Assembly (NCBI GenBank): GCA_951406725.2
Contig: OX597834.1
Coordinates: 27,094,001 to 27,158,000, forward strand
Direction: 5' to 3'
Source of the DNA: Octopus vulgaris
Taxonomy: Eukaryota
Length of the DNA stretch: 64,000 nucleotides
The notes below the pieces were generated by a model that was not told the DNA's origin, made no database searches, and was given only the letters and a program-made list of their open reading frames with translations. Within the stretch, counting starts at the first letter, position 1; every line of letters starts with the position of its first letter. Positions 1 to 16,441 of the stretch are shown here, one piece after another. The translations under genes and the position numbers were made by a program.

Positions 1-373
1 GACTTCTCAGTGGGATAATATTTTAAGTATATATATATAGATGTGCTACATCTATATTTTATAATATTAGTATATTATACTATATATGGTTGCAATTCTA
101 TCTATCTATCTACCTATATATATATATATATCTGTATGTATATTTGAATTTATATATATATGCATATATGTGCATATATGTATATATGTATATATGCATA
201 TATGTATGTGTGTGTATATTATGTATGTATGTATGTATATGCAAACACGGCATTAATAATTGTAACTATATTGATATATGTTCTCAAAAACATTGTATGT
301 TTGTTTATAACAAGCTGCCTCTAATTCCGTGTCTGTGTACATACACACACACACACATATATATATATATACA

Positions 374-428
<55 letters not shown>

Positions 429-456
429 GTATATACTTATATATACGTAATATGCA

Positions 457-530
<74 letters not shown>

Positions 531-584
531 CACATATATATGTATGTATATTTATGCATATGTATGTTAAATATATAGATATAA

Positions 585-636
<52 letters not shown>

Positions 637-652
637 GTTGTATACTGTCATA

Positions 653-769
<117 letters not shown>

Positions 770-894
770 GGATACACGTATGCGTAAACATTTACACATG
801 TAATAGCAAATGCCGAGGATGTGCATAAAAACGCAATCACGATGACATTTGGCACGTGGCAAAAGACACTTACACCAACACATACACACAGTTT

Positions 895-948
<54 letters not shown>

Positions 949-1161
949 TTCTTTCTTCCACATATACGCACACGCACATTCAATCACAGCGATATATGCT
1001 TACATCCAAACATGCACACGTTATTATATACGCACTCAAGTGGCGCATTTTCAAAGATATATACATATACATACATATATAAATGTGTGTTTGTGTGTGC
1101 ATATATATATATATATAATGTATATGCACACACATATATATATATATACATACATACTTAC

Positions 1162-1209
<48 letters not shown>

Positions 1210-1309
1210 CTATACATACATATACATATATACACGCTCTCACCTTTAAATGTATTCTATTGATATCTATAAGTAAACGAGTTTTTTGCGTATACTAAAG
1301 TTCGTCTTC

Positions 1310-1341
<32 letters not shown>

Positions 1342-1357
1342 CCATTTCCAAGTAAGT

Positions 1358-1420
<63 letters not shown>

Positions 1421-1896
1421 CCAGTTTATTTATATATATATATATATATAATTATAATCTCTATGTATATATATATGTGTGTGTGTGTGTGTGCAAATAT
1501 ATACATGTTTATATATGTACGTAAAGAGCCACACACATATGTATGTACATGGGGGCGGTTTTCTGGTTTGTGGGGCCAGCGGAGGAGACAAGAACAACGG
1601 GAAGTGAAGAATCTTGCTCAAGAACACAACGAACTATCCTGTCCAGAGATTGAAACTATCATCTTACTATTATGGATCCAGCACCTTCTACAACGGTTAT
1701 GCATGTATGTATGTATGTATGTATGTATGTATGTATGTATGTATGTATGTATGTATGTATGTATGTATGTATGTATGTATGTGTGTATCAATATTTCTAT
1801 CTTTTTATCTCCATTGACATATATGTATACATATACACACATATATGCATAAATATATACAAATATATCCATATGTATATTATGCATACATATACG

Positions 1897-1940
<44 letters not shown>

Positions 1941-1955
1941 CACACACACACACAT

Positions 1956-1990
<35 letters not shown>

Positions 1991-2325
1991 AATATATACA
2001 ATTCCCAGATAAGCCAATTATAGCGGGATACAACTCAACTAGAACTCCCTACACAAATGGTCCATGATGCCACAAAACTTGATTATATGTATGTACGTAT
2101 GTATGTATGTATGTATGTATGTATGTATGTATGTATGTATGTATGTACGTACGTACGTACGTATGTATGTATGTATGTATGTATGTATGTATGTATGTAT
2201 GTATGTATGTATATGGCCTACTCGCGTAGCGAGCGGGGTGGCCTTGTTTGAAGGCTAAAACATTGCGAAGCGCATTGTGACCAGCGATGTGTAGCAACAT
2301 CTGATAGCCTGGTCGGTCACGTGAT

Positions 2326-2390
<65 letters not shown>

Positions 2391-2750
2391 CATACATATA
2401 TATATACAATTATATATATTCACACATATATATATTTGTGTGTATTATATATAAGTATATATATATATACATATGTATAGATACATATATATATATATAT
2501 ATTTATATATTTATATATATATGTATATATATATTTATATATATGTATATATATGTATAGATAAGGATGTGAACAAAGCAACAGTGGAAGCATACATCTC
2601 ACTGTTATACTCTCTTGTCTTTGAAGTGAAATATTTTATTTCTCAGAAATATTTCGTGTTTTAAATTTATCGAGTATGTGCGATTGTTATGCCTTGCTTT
2701 CGAGTACACAGCAATGAATATGTGTGCGTGTGCGTGTGTGTGCGTGTATA

Positions 2751-2792
<42 letters not shown>

Positions 2793-2939
2793 TATATATA
2801 TGTATGCATGCGTACATTTGTGTACGTATACGCAGGAATCATCGGTTTCCACACACACACACACACACTCATACACACACATTCATATGTACACATATAT
2901 GTATATATACATGTCGGTATCTGCGCGCATAGGCGTACG

Positions 2940-2977
<38 letters not shown>

Positions 2978-3038
2978 AATAAATCATATATAAACATATA
3001 TAAAAATATACATCTTAGTTATATACATTCAATAATTT

Positions 3039-3073
<35 letters not shown>

Positions 3074-3158
3074 TATATATACATACATATATATTTATAT
3101 ATATATATATATAGAGAGAGAGAATAATATATTTATACAGACATATTTATGTGTATGC

Positions 3159-3219
<61 letters not shown>

Positions 3220-3283
3220 TATATGCATGTATATATATATAATTATTCATATATATACTAACGTATAAAAATAAATATGTATA

Positions 3284-3324
<41 letters not shown>

Positions 3325-3615
3325 ACACACACAGTATATCTCAGTATATCCTTATATTCTGAGAATTTTTTACTCGTTTCAGTCATGTGAATGTGGCTAT
3401 TCTGGAGCATCGCCTTTAGTCGAAAAATTCGACCCCAGGACTTATTCTTTGTATGCCTAGCACATAGTGTAAGTTTTTTTTGTCGGACCGCTAAGTTACG
3501 GGGACGTAAACACACCAGCGTCGGTTGCCAAGCGATCGTGGGCGAACATATAGACACACAATCATATACATTTGTGTGTGTGTATATATATGCGTATATA
3601 TATATCTGTATATAT

Positions 3616-3656
<41 letters not shown>

Positions 3657-3702
3657 TATATGTATGTATATATCTATATATATATGTATAAATAAACATA
3701 CA

Positions 3703-3743
<41 letters not shown>

Positions 3744-3801
3744 GGGTTAGCGGGCACACAAATATTTGTATATATGTATATATATATATATACATACATA
3801 C

Positions 3802-3865
<64 letters not shown>

Positions 3866-4534
3866 CGCTAACTCTGCCATTTCAACAGCGAATCGTAAGA
3901 GATTTCATGCGTTGTTTGTAATGCCTACAAGTGTTCGGGTTTAAGTTCAGAAGCATCCAGGGGCAATGCCAAAACGGAGGATCGCATATATATATGTTAA
4001 AGACTAATGCCTTTGTCTATATCCTGCCTTTTTACACCTTTGTATTGGAAATCGAGGGCCTGGTGGTGCCACAGGAAAGAAAAATACATTTGTAATTGTG
4101 CTAAGTGTGAGGAAAGTTTTAAATTAATCTTGCACGCCTCTGTGTGAATTTTTGAATCTCTGCGTGCGTGTGTGCTTGTGTTCCTGTTTGTGTGTGTGTG
4201 TGTGTGTGTGTAGATATGTATACTACATCATCTTGGTGCCATCAGTGATCTGCACACTCAAACAAACTTTTGTTTCCAAAGAAGTTATATCATATAAGTG
4301 TGTGTGTGTGAGTGTGTTAAGATAAAGAATATATCAATATATGCACACACACACATACACTCACACGCATATAAACTCAAGTATGTATCTATCTGTCTAT
4401 CTATATATGAATATATATATATTTATTTATATATATATATATATATATAATTTTAATCCAAACGGGAAACAAAAAAACAACAACAAGGGAACAATTACAG
4501 TATTATTATTAATAGGCGCTCAGGAAATGGAAGC

Positions 4535-4575
<41 letters not shown>

Positions 4576-4710
4576 CGTATACACACGCGCACACACACAT
4601 ACATTCCTGTGTGTGTTTGTGAATATGGTGTTTCACTCCCATCTATGAATGTAAACGGGCGCAATATACGTCACACGTCGGGTGTATAAGCATTGTATAT
4701 CAAACATACT

Positions 4711-4741
<31 letters not shown>

Positions 4742-5045
4742 ACAAAAGTTCTATATATTTATTGATAAATACACACGCACACACACACACCTATCTTCAT
4801 CTTTTATAGTTTCTTTTAAGCAGTGATATTATTTCAATAAATTCCCCTTTGTGTGTGTATGTGTAGAAAGAATTTATTTATGTATTTATTTATCTTTTTA
4901 TTCATTCATTTATGTTGTACTCTGCTGAGTTCTATAACCCCAACTGAAGATAAAAGTTACACACCAAGGTATCGGTTTAAGCTGAAGAGAAGCCTTTAAT
5001 TATAGCACTTGTGTGTGGCCCCTACAACTCGTCTCTACGTGAATC

Positions 5046-5088
<43 letters not shown>

Positions 5089-5167
5089 CATACACATATA
5101 TAATATGTGTATATACATATACATTTATATACACACACATTTATATACTAAAATATGTATATATATA

Positions 5168-5541
5168 TCTCTCTATATATAAACGGCAGTTTGTCTGTGC
5201 GTGTTTCTGTGTGTCTGTTTGCTTGTACCCTCACTCTGACCACGGCTTTCAACCGATTCTGATGAAACTTGACACACACATAGCCCAATGTCATAATTCA
5301 AAACTAACGCAGCGAAAATTTTGAAAAGTTCCCCCAGTTCTGAAAAAAATCGATAAATTCGACATGGGGTCGAGAATCAAAAAAAACAAACCACAGACTG
5401 TCTAGGGGACGCAACTCAACCTTTTTTTTATCTCAAAAAAAAATTTACCATAATTTTTTTGCTATTTTTTGGCTATAACTCTCTAAAAATGCTTTATAGT
5501 TATTTCCCTTACAAACCTGAGCAACGCCGGGCGATACTGCT

Positions 5542-5543
<2 letters not shown>
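5168..5543 (+). mobile_element. Non-autonomous Helitron
   Basis: A|TC 5' end, subterminal GC hairpin (CCTGAGCAACGCCGGG), and CTAG|T 3' end. No TSD. Confidence 0.8.
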
Positions 5544-5574
<31 letters not shown>

Positions 5575-5596
5575 TTATAAAAACACACATATATAC

Positions 5597-5656
<60 letters not shown>

Positions 5657-5987
5657 AATATATACATATATACATAAATACGTACATATATATATATATT
5701 TATATATACACATATATATAGTTGACGTGTGTTCTGTTAAGAACGTATAAGAGTACAAATAAATTTCCTTTACACTTAGAACTCCCTAATAGTCGGTAGT
5801 ATTCTTATGGTATGCTACCATTTCTAGTCTTAGGTACTGCTCGTGCGTGAAAAGATACATCTTTTCATAATTTACTTTAAATTTAAATCCTGTATATACG
5901 AGGATCTGTATGTATCGAAACACTTGTAGTGACTAAAGAGCTGCCTAACCATTCTTACTCTTCCTTTGACTTTTTATACATACATAC

Positions 5988-6049
<62 letters not shown>

Positions 6050-6181
6050 TCAGCCGAAATTGCGAAGATGATCCGGTTCTTGACTGAAGATTGAAGGCCT
6101 CGAATGTCCCGTCCGTGTTTATTGTGTCGTCTTCTAAATGTTTCACCTTCTTGTCCCAGTTTGTATATTTTTTTTTACTTT

Positions 6182-6297
<116 letters not shown>

Positions 6298-6537
6298 TGC
6301 ACACATTTTGGTTCATAGATGTAAAAGAACATGGAGAAAATAGTACTTGGAAACAAAAGGTAGAGTAAGATATAATATTGAAGATGAAACAGTCTGTAAA
6401 ATTTCTTTCAGCGTCAAGGAAATAGTTATGTGCGTGTTTGCGTATATGTGTTTGTGTGTGTGTATTATCTATATATCTGTGTGTGTGTGTGTGTATGTAT
6501 GCGTGTGTGTATGTATATATATATATGTATAAATGTG

Positions 6538-6582
<45 letters not shown>

Positions 6583-6613
6583 ATATATATACCTAAATCT
6601 ATGCATATATGTA

Positions 6614-6658
<45 letters not shown>

Positions 6659-6753
6659 TTATATATGTATATGTACATATACATATATATATATATATAT
6701 ATATACATATATATATACATATATATATACATATATATATACATATATATATA

Positions 6754-7094
<341 letters not shown>

Positions 7095-7631
7095 CAAACC
7101 CTTACCGGTGTGACTCCTCTAGGTTTTTAGGCCTTAAATTTTAAACTCTCCAATCCTATAGGTGCCAAATCCATTAATATACTCGGACCACATTAATGTT
7201 ATTGGCAAGAAGCACACAACACTGAAATTAAGAAACTTCCAAAGCTCATAAATAAGGTTTAAAGACTCCCGGTACTTTATTATTATTATTGACGAGTACG
7301 TTATTTTATCGATCTCAAAATGATGAAATGCAAAATTGAGCCCCCCATGGTTGACATTGGTCTTCTTCATTTCGGGGCCGATAAAATGCTCCCCGGGTTA
7401 TCCACCGAGGTTGGTATGACTGTCCCCAAAATTTCTAGTCATGTACCAACGTTTGAAACCATTACTATAGAAAGGCAAGTGAGGGTTGAGAGGGAAATGC
7501 TCTCCAGAAGTGGGGTCAGCTGTAATAAAAGTGATTAGAATAAATGGAACCACACTAGGCTTACGCCTGTAGAGGTCCGCGACCCTTAGTGGTCAGGGTG
7601 GTCAGGGATCTTATTTTCCATTTTTTTATTT

Positions 7632-8030
7632 TTGACTTGTTTCAGTCATTAGACTGCAGCTATGGTGGGGCACCGCCTTAAATTTTTAGTCGAATACATC
7701 GATCCCAGTATTTTTTTCAATCTGGTACTTATTCTATCGGTCTCTTTTGCCGAACCGCCATGTTACGGGGGATTGGGCACAAACTCACCAACACCAGTTA
7801 TCAAGCGGTGGTGGGGGACAAACTCTGACACAAACACAGACACACACACACACACACATACACATATATGCAGATACATACACATATATACATATACATA
7901 TACGGCAGGCTTCTTTCAGTTTCCGTCTACCAAATCCACTCTCAAGGCTTTGGTCGACCAGAGGCTATAGTAGCAGACACTTGCCCAAGGTGCCACTAGG
8001 TGGGACTGAACCCTCAACCATGTGACTGGG
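7632..8030 (-). mobile_element. SINE family A, older copy
   Basis: Diverged family match. Other diverged or partial copies lie near 3370, 13070, 14260, 21700, 22690, 23770, 34240, 45720, 47030, 53320 and 63060. Confidence 0.8.
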
Positions 8031-8234
8031 AATTATTTTTTATTGATGGGATCACAATTTGACAGAAGCTCCTCCGATCCGGTGCAGGTATATGTTGGTT
8101 TATTCATGTATGTATGATTGCATATATACATGTATGTATGTATATATATGCATGTATAGAAGTATGTATCCTGTGCCAGTGTGTATATATACATGTATAC
8201 AATTATATATATATATGTGTGTGTGTGTGTCACC

Positions 8235-9072
8235 ATTTCATATTTATAATTTCACGCATGCTCATTGCTTGTTTTTGATTTTGTCGACTACACAGTATTG
8301 TAGGGTCAGTTGGGCACCGTGTGTGCGAAAAACAGCACCATGACGCAATTCACTCTGCCCGAAATTTGAATAGGATATGCTATATTGCTTGGCGTTCGTG
8401 CCTGAAGCTCCAATACGATCATTTCAGAGTGTTTGGGAGTCGATCTGAGGACATACACGGAGAGTGATAAGAATCAGATATCCAGTGAACAGCATGGTGC
8501 TTGGAATGATCAATGGTGATGACGACGTTATGTTTCCATTGATTTTCCCACACGGCATGAAACTCAACACGGATGCCTACATCAAGTGCCTGGAGCGGGT
8601 AGAGCTGCTCTAGAGCAAGAGGGTGGCTGCTGGAAGACCCTACGTCTGGCAACAGGAATCTGCACCATGTCACACAAGCAGGAACACCCTGTCATTGCTA
8701 TCAGAAAATTTCAGTGACTACATCATTCCTAGCATCTGACCCCCTAACTCCCCAGACTGCAAACCCCTTGATTATTATGTGAGCGAGAGACCAATAAAAC
8801 TCCTTATACCATCAAAGATGAACAGAAGGCAAGGATTATTGCAACATTCAACAACTTAAACAAGGAGACCATCCAGAAGAGTTGCAGGAGATCCCGAAGT
8901 CGTCTGGAGGCTGGGGTTGAAGCCAATGGCGATTCTATTGAATAAATTTACTCTTTAGTATTTCAAGATAATTTTATGCAATTTTGGTAAATTACAAAAA
9001 TTTGTTAAAATGAGATGTCAGTGTTATTTTCATTTTTGTGTAATTCAAACAAAATATTCACTACACTCTGTA
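8235..9072 (+). mobile_element. Internally deleted, pseudogenised Tc1/mariner transposon of the DD37D (maT) type
   Basis: Translation includes YVWQQ(E)SAPCHT...(W)PPNSPDCNPLDYYV with 37 residues between the last two catalytic positions, and C-terminal RLEAGVEANG. It has stops and frameshifts. The right end reads CACTCTG|TA. Confidence 0.85.
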
Positions 9073-9130
9073 TACTTGTATGTGTGCATGTATGTATGTA
9101 TGTACGTATGTATGTACACACACACATATA

Positions 9131-9300
9131 TAGCCCCACAGCTATTTAATACCTTGCCAAAAACTCTGAGCCTGAGAGACCTGTGCGGCGTGTGGGTAGA
9201 TGTTTTCATGAACCAACTTGACCTTCTGCTGTTCAAGATCTCAGATGAACCTACGTCAAGGTAAGAAACTCAAGAGAGGGCAACAAACTCCGTTCACCAA
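9131..9300 (+). mobile_element. 3' ORF2 fragment of a CR1-group LINE
   Basis: PQLFNTLP...VDVFMNQLDLLLFKISDEP...NS resembles the CR1-like ORF2 C-terminus. Confidence 0.55.
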
Positions 9301-9739
9301 AAGCCAGCCACATAGGAATGGACGTGGGAATGGTGAGGATACTGGTGGTGCCCCAGCGTGGCCACAACCTCCAAGCTGACACGCATAAAAGTACAACACA
9401 ATAAACCAATATATATATGTGTGTATGTGTGTTTACGTGTAAGCATATATGCTTATATGTTGATACTTATATTTGTGTACATGAGTGTGTGTATGTGTAT
9501 ATATATGTATGTATGTTCGTGTGTGTGTGTGTGTACGTGTGGGTGTGTGTGGGTGTGCGTGTAGATACTTACATGTTGTCGTTTATTATTTTTGCTTTGT
9601 ATAATCCGCTAAGTAGGACTTTGTAGTCTCTTGATAGCACGAAACGGTTAAGATCTGGTTATGTCATCATGTTTACTTAGGATACAGAGCATCCAGAAAC
9701 ACTAACAATCATAGCAATGACAACGAATAATATTGAGGA

Positions 9740-9915
9740 TGCTGATGACGATGATGATGATGATGATGATGATGATGGTGGTGGTGATGATGATGATGAT
9801 GATGATGTTGATGATGATGATGGTGGTGGTGGTGGTGGTGTGGTGATGATGATGATGATGATGTAGGTGATGGTGATGATGATGGTGGTGGTGATGATGA
9901 TGATGATGATAGTGG

Positions 9916-9965
<50 letters not shown>

Positions 9966-10046
9966 GTGATGGTGATGATGATGATGGTGGTGGTGATGAT
10001 GATGATGATGATGGAGGTGGTGGTGGTGGTGGTGGTTGTGGTGATG

Positions 10047-10108
<62 letters not shown>

Positions 10109-10173
10109 GATGATGGTGATGGTGATGATGATGATTATGGTGATTGTGATGGTGATGATGGTGATGGTGATGA
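9740..10173. repeat. (GAT)n/(GGT)n compound trinucleotide microsatellite
   Basis: Direct inspection. Confidence 0.95.
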
Positions 10174-10314
10174 TTTGTGCATATATGTAAATATATATGT
10201 GTATACTCATATATGTGTGCATGTACATATATGATGTACATATATGCATCTATATATATATATATCATATGTGTGTTTGTGTTTGTGCACATATATATAT
10301 TCACACACCAACTC

Positions 10315-10358
<44 letters not shown>

Positions 10359-10359
10359 T

Positions 10360-10426
<67 letters not shown>

Positions 10427-10504
10427 TCTATATATATATATATATATCATATGTGTGTTTGTGTTTGTGCACATATATATATTCACACACCAACTCCTCT
10501 CTCA

Positions 10505-10612
<108 letters not shown>

Positions 10613-10875
10613 ATTATAGTTGTGGAAATACATATATAGATCTGTTTCATTCTCCTTGAGTATCTGTTTTTCCCGCTCTCTCTTTCTCTTTCTCTCTCTC
10701 TCTCTCTCTCTCTTCCTATCCGATTATGGTTATATGTATGTATATATGTGTATATCAAACATTCACTTAGTGTTTATATGTGTTTGTGCCTTCCCTACGT
10801 GTGAATGTGTGTACGTTTGTTTGTGTCCATGTACGTTTGTGTCATCGTACACACGCACTCGCCCACTCGTACATA

Positions 10876-10917
<42 letters not shown>

Positions 10918-11461
10918 CACGTACGTATAGACACACGCGTGTTGGTGTGAATACGTTCTTTGCATAGCTATTTACGGTTCTGTCATAAATAATGTACTTA
11001 TAAGCCCATTAAACCCACAACGCATACATAAAATAAAAGCACAAACATGAACACACACACACAAACAAAAAGACGTATATACAGACACATAAAACATGAA
11101 ATTAAACATACACAAAAATATATATACACACATATATCTCTGTACTTATATGCACGCATACATCCTCACATATAAATATACTCCAATGCTTTTGTTCAAA
11201 TTTTGTCTGTGTTAAACTCATAACAGTGTTCATTACATAAATACATATATAAATATACACGCGTGAAATATTTCTTTTTTGGGAATAGTATATCTCGAAG
11301 CACGCACAGATAAAGCTACACGCAACAGGATATAAATATTTGCATAATATTGTTTATAGTTTTATGCGTGTGAGCTACAAGATACACTAGTCAAAAAAAA
11401 AACTATTATATATATATATATGTATATATATATACAGACATACATACACACGCACACACAC

Positions 11462-11494
<33 letters not shown>

Positions 11495-11611
11495 TGTATG
11501 TATGTATATGTATAGAGTGTTTCAAGTGGTATACAGATATTATATATTAGGAAAAAACGAGAATTTTGGGTAATACTTTATTAGCGCTTTCGTTTGTTTA
11601 GTCGAATTCTT

Positions 11612-11670
<59 letters not shown>

Positions 11671-11698
11671 CATACATATATAAATATGTATATAAATA

Positions 11699-11738
<40 letters not shown>

Positions 11739-12115
11739 AATGAAGACGTACCTTCTATTATTGCAACATATGTATGTGTGTGTATATATATATATATATA
11801 CATACATATATATATATATACATATATACATATATACATTCATATGTATACATATGAAAATATGTGTATATGTGTGTTTATGTGTGCACATATATCAGTC
11901 ACACAAACCAATGGGTAACACACTTCGTGATGACTTGACACGCTAGAAATAACAGCTGAAATTCATTTAGGTGTCAGTGCACCTGAAATGAGGTGATGGT
12001 CACGGGCCATAATTCTGCTGAATCAGGGCTACCCTGAGGCTAATCTACGACGTCATCAACAACAGCCTTAATCTTATTAACAAATCTCATCTGATTGATG
12101 GATTACTGAATGTAC

Positions 12116-12165
<50 letters not shown>

Positions 12166-12321
12166 AACACACACGCACAGAAGTGTGTATGTCACTGTGT
12201 GCGTATATGTATGTGTGTGTATGTGCGTGTGTGTTTTGTTTGTTCAAAAGATTAACTTTGATGTATCTGAAAAAAGCTTATTTTCGATCGTATGTACCAA
12301 ATACGGAGAATATATATGATA

Positions 12322-12472
<151 letters not shown>

Positions 12473-12759
12473 CATATATATACATGTATATATATTTATG
12501 TGTATATTTATATATATATACATATGTATATTTATACATAATTACATGTATATGTATATATATTTAAGTATGTATATTTATATATAAATATATGTGTATA
12601 TAGACATATATATGTATGTGTGTGTGTATATATATATATGTATGTGTGTGTATGTATATGTATGCAAAAGTATACATGCCAAATTGATAGATAAATAGAT
12701 AGAAACATATATCCGTATATTTAAAAGTGTATGCCTCTTTTTCCCTCTTTGTATGTGTG

Positions 12760-12846
<87 letters not shown>

Positions 12847-12956
12847 ATATATGTTACTTATATACTTGCATAGCGATAATATTACAGCATGTGTGCGTGT
12901 ATGTATATGTCTTGTGGTTATATAACTGAGAAAGGATGTGTGGGTGTGCATGCAAC

Positions 12957-13052
<96 letters not shown>

Positions 13053-13301
13053 ATGTGTATATGTTAGTGTGTCTGTGTTGACACCGATGCTGGTGTGATT
13101 ACGTCCGCGTAACTTAGGGCTTCGGCAAAAGAGACCGATAGAATAAGTACTAGGCTTCCAAAGAATAAGTCCTGGGGTCGATCTGTTCGAGTAAAGGCGG
13201 TGCTTCAGCATGGCCACAGTCAAATGACTGAAATGAATATGTATGTATATATATATATAATTTTATATAAATGTATGCATGTATATATGTATGTATATAT
13301 G

Positions 13302-13335
<34 letters not shown>

Positions 13336-13578
13336 TGTATGTATGTATGTATGTATGTATCAATGTACTTATACACACAACTCATATACATATGTGCACA
13401 GGTATTTCTCAGGTGCAACCTGAGTGTATCTACGTGCAAAGTTTACAAGAAGGCTTAATAGATTTATATATACTTATATACTTATATACTTGCTCAGCGA
13501 TAATATAACAGCGTGTGTGCGTGTATGTATACGTCTTACGGTTATATAACCGAGAGAGGATGCTTGTGTGTGTGCTTG

Positions 13579-13615
<37 letters not shown>

Positions 13616-13648
13616 TATTTTTATAATATAATATACATATATATATAT

Positions 13649-14000
13649 ACTCTTTACTCTTTTACTCTTTTACTTGTTTCAGTCATTTGACTGCGGCCAT
13701 GCTGGAGCACCGCCTTTAATCGAGCAAATCGACCCCGAGACTTATTCTTTTGTAAGCCCAGTACTTATTCTATCGGTCTCTTTTGCCGAACTGCTAAGTT
13801 ACGGGGACATAAACACACCAGCATCGGTTGTCAAGCAATGCTAGGGGAACAAACACAGACACACAAACACACACACATACATATACATATATATACATAC
13901 ATACGACAGGCTTCTTTCAGTTTCCGTCTACCAAATCCACTCACAAGGCATTGGTCGGCCCGGGGCTATAGCAGAAGACACTTGCCCAAGATGCCACGCA
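13649..14000 (-). mobile_element. SINE family A, 5' truncated
   Basis: Family match with tail. Confidence 0.9.
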
Positions 14001-14084
14001 ATATATATTTATATACATATATATTATTAAACCTGGCAAAACATCACAAAAAAATAAAAAATGTATGTAGCAAGTCTTAATTAC

Positions 14085-14126
14085 AACTGTCCGACGAACG
14101 GGAACGTGAAATTCTGAGTCACAGTT
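14085..14126 (+). ncRNA. Type I hammerhead ribozyme motif (CCGACGA core variant)
   Basis: Stem I AACUGU/ACAGUU; core CCGACGA; stem II ACG-GGAA-CGU; GAAA; short stem III; GUC cleavage triplet ending at 14120. Confidence 0.7.
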
Positions 14127-14584
14127 TCTTGTGTTTTTGGCAATTTTATAAAAATGTATATTCCTCTACTTTCGATATTCGCGTATTATTTTCTCCATCT
14201 TATTTAGCATTTGCACGTGCTTACTCGTGTGTATGTGTGTGTGTATAGAACTTTTACGTTTTATCTGTTTTAGTCTTTCGAGTACGGTCATGCTGGAGCA
14301 CCGCCCTGAAGCGTTTTAGTCGAACGAATCGACGTTAACATTCATTACTTTTTTTTTTTGTAAACTTGCTACTTATTCTGTTGGTCTCGCATGCCAAACC
14401 GCTAGGTTACGTGGACGTAAACCAGCCAACACCGTTTGCTAAGCCATAATGGAGAAACAAATAGAAACACAAAAACACACACATATAGATATATGCATAC
14501 TTACGTACGTATACATACATATGCATACATATACACACGTATATACATATATATATATACATATGTATATATATATATATATGC

Positions 14585-14635
<51 letters not shown>

Positions 14636-14763
14636 AATACATATGTGTATATATATACATATGTGTGTATATCTATATATATATGTATATACATACACAT
14701 ATGTATACGTTTATATACATATACATATGTAAATATATATATAAGTATACATACGTATATATA

Positions 14764-14808
<45 letters not shown>

Positions 14809-15002
14809 GTATATGTGTGTGTGCGTGTGTGTGTGTGTGTATGTATGTATATACGTACACTAATACACATACTTCCATACTCTCAAAAAAAGGTACGCAC
14901 GCACACACGCACATCTATCTCTTTCTCTCTTTCTCTCTAGCTACCTTTCTATCTCTATGTCCGTCTGTCTGACTGTGTGTCTGTCTGTTTTTATATACAA
15001 AG

Positions 15003-15040
<38 letters not shown>

Positions 15041-16397
15041 ATGTATTTGTGTGTGCGTGTGTGCCTTTGTTTGTATACACAGAGACAGAAAGGGCAATGG
15101 GTATACAGACACATGTGTGTGAGAGTGTGTACGTGAGTGTATGCGTGCGTGTCTGTGTGTTTGCGTGTGTGTCTGTGTGTTTGCGCTAAGGAAACATAGA
15201 TTAAAGCCTGTTAAAATACGGGTAGCTACCCCACTTATATCGAAAGCAGTATGTGTGTAACGTTACCATATCTTAGTGCTAGGCCGGTCCTTATAGGGGT
15301 GGCGGGTATCGTGCGAACAATTGCTCACCCAGTAAAGAAACATCGATATTTTTCGCAGAACAACGGAGGGGAATGTGTACGTGGTCGCTAAATTTGCTAG
15401 AAATAGCAACCAAGTCTCTATGAAACATCCTGCCGCTTAAATGAATGACATATGTAAGATGCCTTGTTCTTGATAAAAAGAAATATGACGAGAGGGCCAC
15501 TGTTGGAACGGTAACAGAGATTGTTGTTTGGTGGCAGTCTCTCTCAAATTCATATTCGGTTGTTTTGCATAGAGAAGGGCTCATTTCCTAAATGTAGATC
15601 TAATGTAACAATGTACCTTGAAATAAATTGACGAGGTGGTTACGGTTAGAACGTCTTTGTTCCGATTTCACGTTGGTTTAAACAGAAAAATAAGTGCCCC
15701 CTATGATGGAGTCCCGATGTGTTTACCATGCCAACTAGAAATAGTAGCCAGATTTCTACCAAATTCTAATCATGTTGTTTTCAGTAGGGAAGGACATAGT
15801 ACAGAAATGTAGACCTAATGTGGCAAATTGCCTAAAAATAAACTGATTTGATGGGCAAGGTTGGAACGTCTTTGTTCATGAATCTAAGGCTGTCCTGTTT
15901 GAACCAACGTGAGATAGAGATAAATAACAAAAGCGCCGAAATAAGGAATCTCGATGTGGCTGCCATGTCAGCTAGAAATAATAGCTAAATCTCTGTCAAA
16001 TTCACTTTTTGTTGTTTTAAATAGCGAAGGATGATACAATGCACCTGGAAATATATTAACGAGATGGTCACGGCTGGGAAATCTTTCGTTATATGTCTAC
16101 TTGACTATAGTTTATACAAATATAAATAATTTTTCATTTGTTGCTGTTGTTGTTGTTGTTAAACTCTTGGTCAACCGTCAACATATGATTCAGAGGCTGT
16201 CCATCTGTGACATTCACTCCTTTTTTTATGCTCAACTACATATCATTCTTGTCATAAAAAAAGCTATAAGATGTAAAATGATGGAGTTTTAGTTATTGTT
16301 TCTAGCATTTCAAGCGACCACTGAGAGGCACATTTCATTCCTTGATTTCAAAAAATACGTTTGGTATTATTATTGTTGTTATCGTCGCTGTTGTTGT

Positions 16398-16441
<44 letters not shown>

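Noticed and set aside
5259-5268. CTGATGA followed by AAC as a hammerhead
   Set aside because: No stem II or separate GAAA. It is internal Helitron sequence.
5885-6110. Hammerhead-like remnants (GAT..ATC-GAAAC..GTA near 5900; CTGAAGA..CGAA near 6084)
   Set aside because: Each lacks half of the catalytic core and a convincing stem I. They may be decayed copies but are not supportable.
9677-10304. Poly-His, poly-Ile and poly-Met ORFs
   Set aside because: Pure (GAT/GGT)n microsatellite with no unique coding flank or splice signals.
11582-11614. Minus-strand TTGAAGA..GAAAGCGCTA hammerhead remnant
   Set aside because: The core is mutated, stem II is broken, and the 5' stem I strand is replaced by (TA)n.
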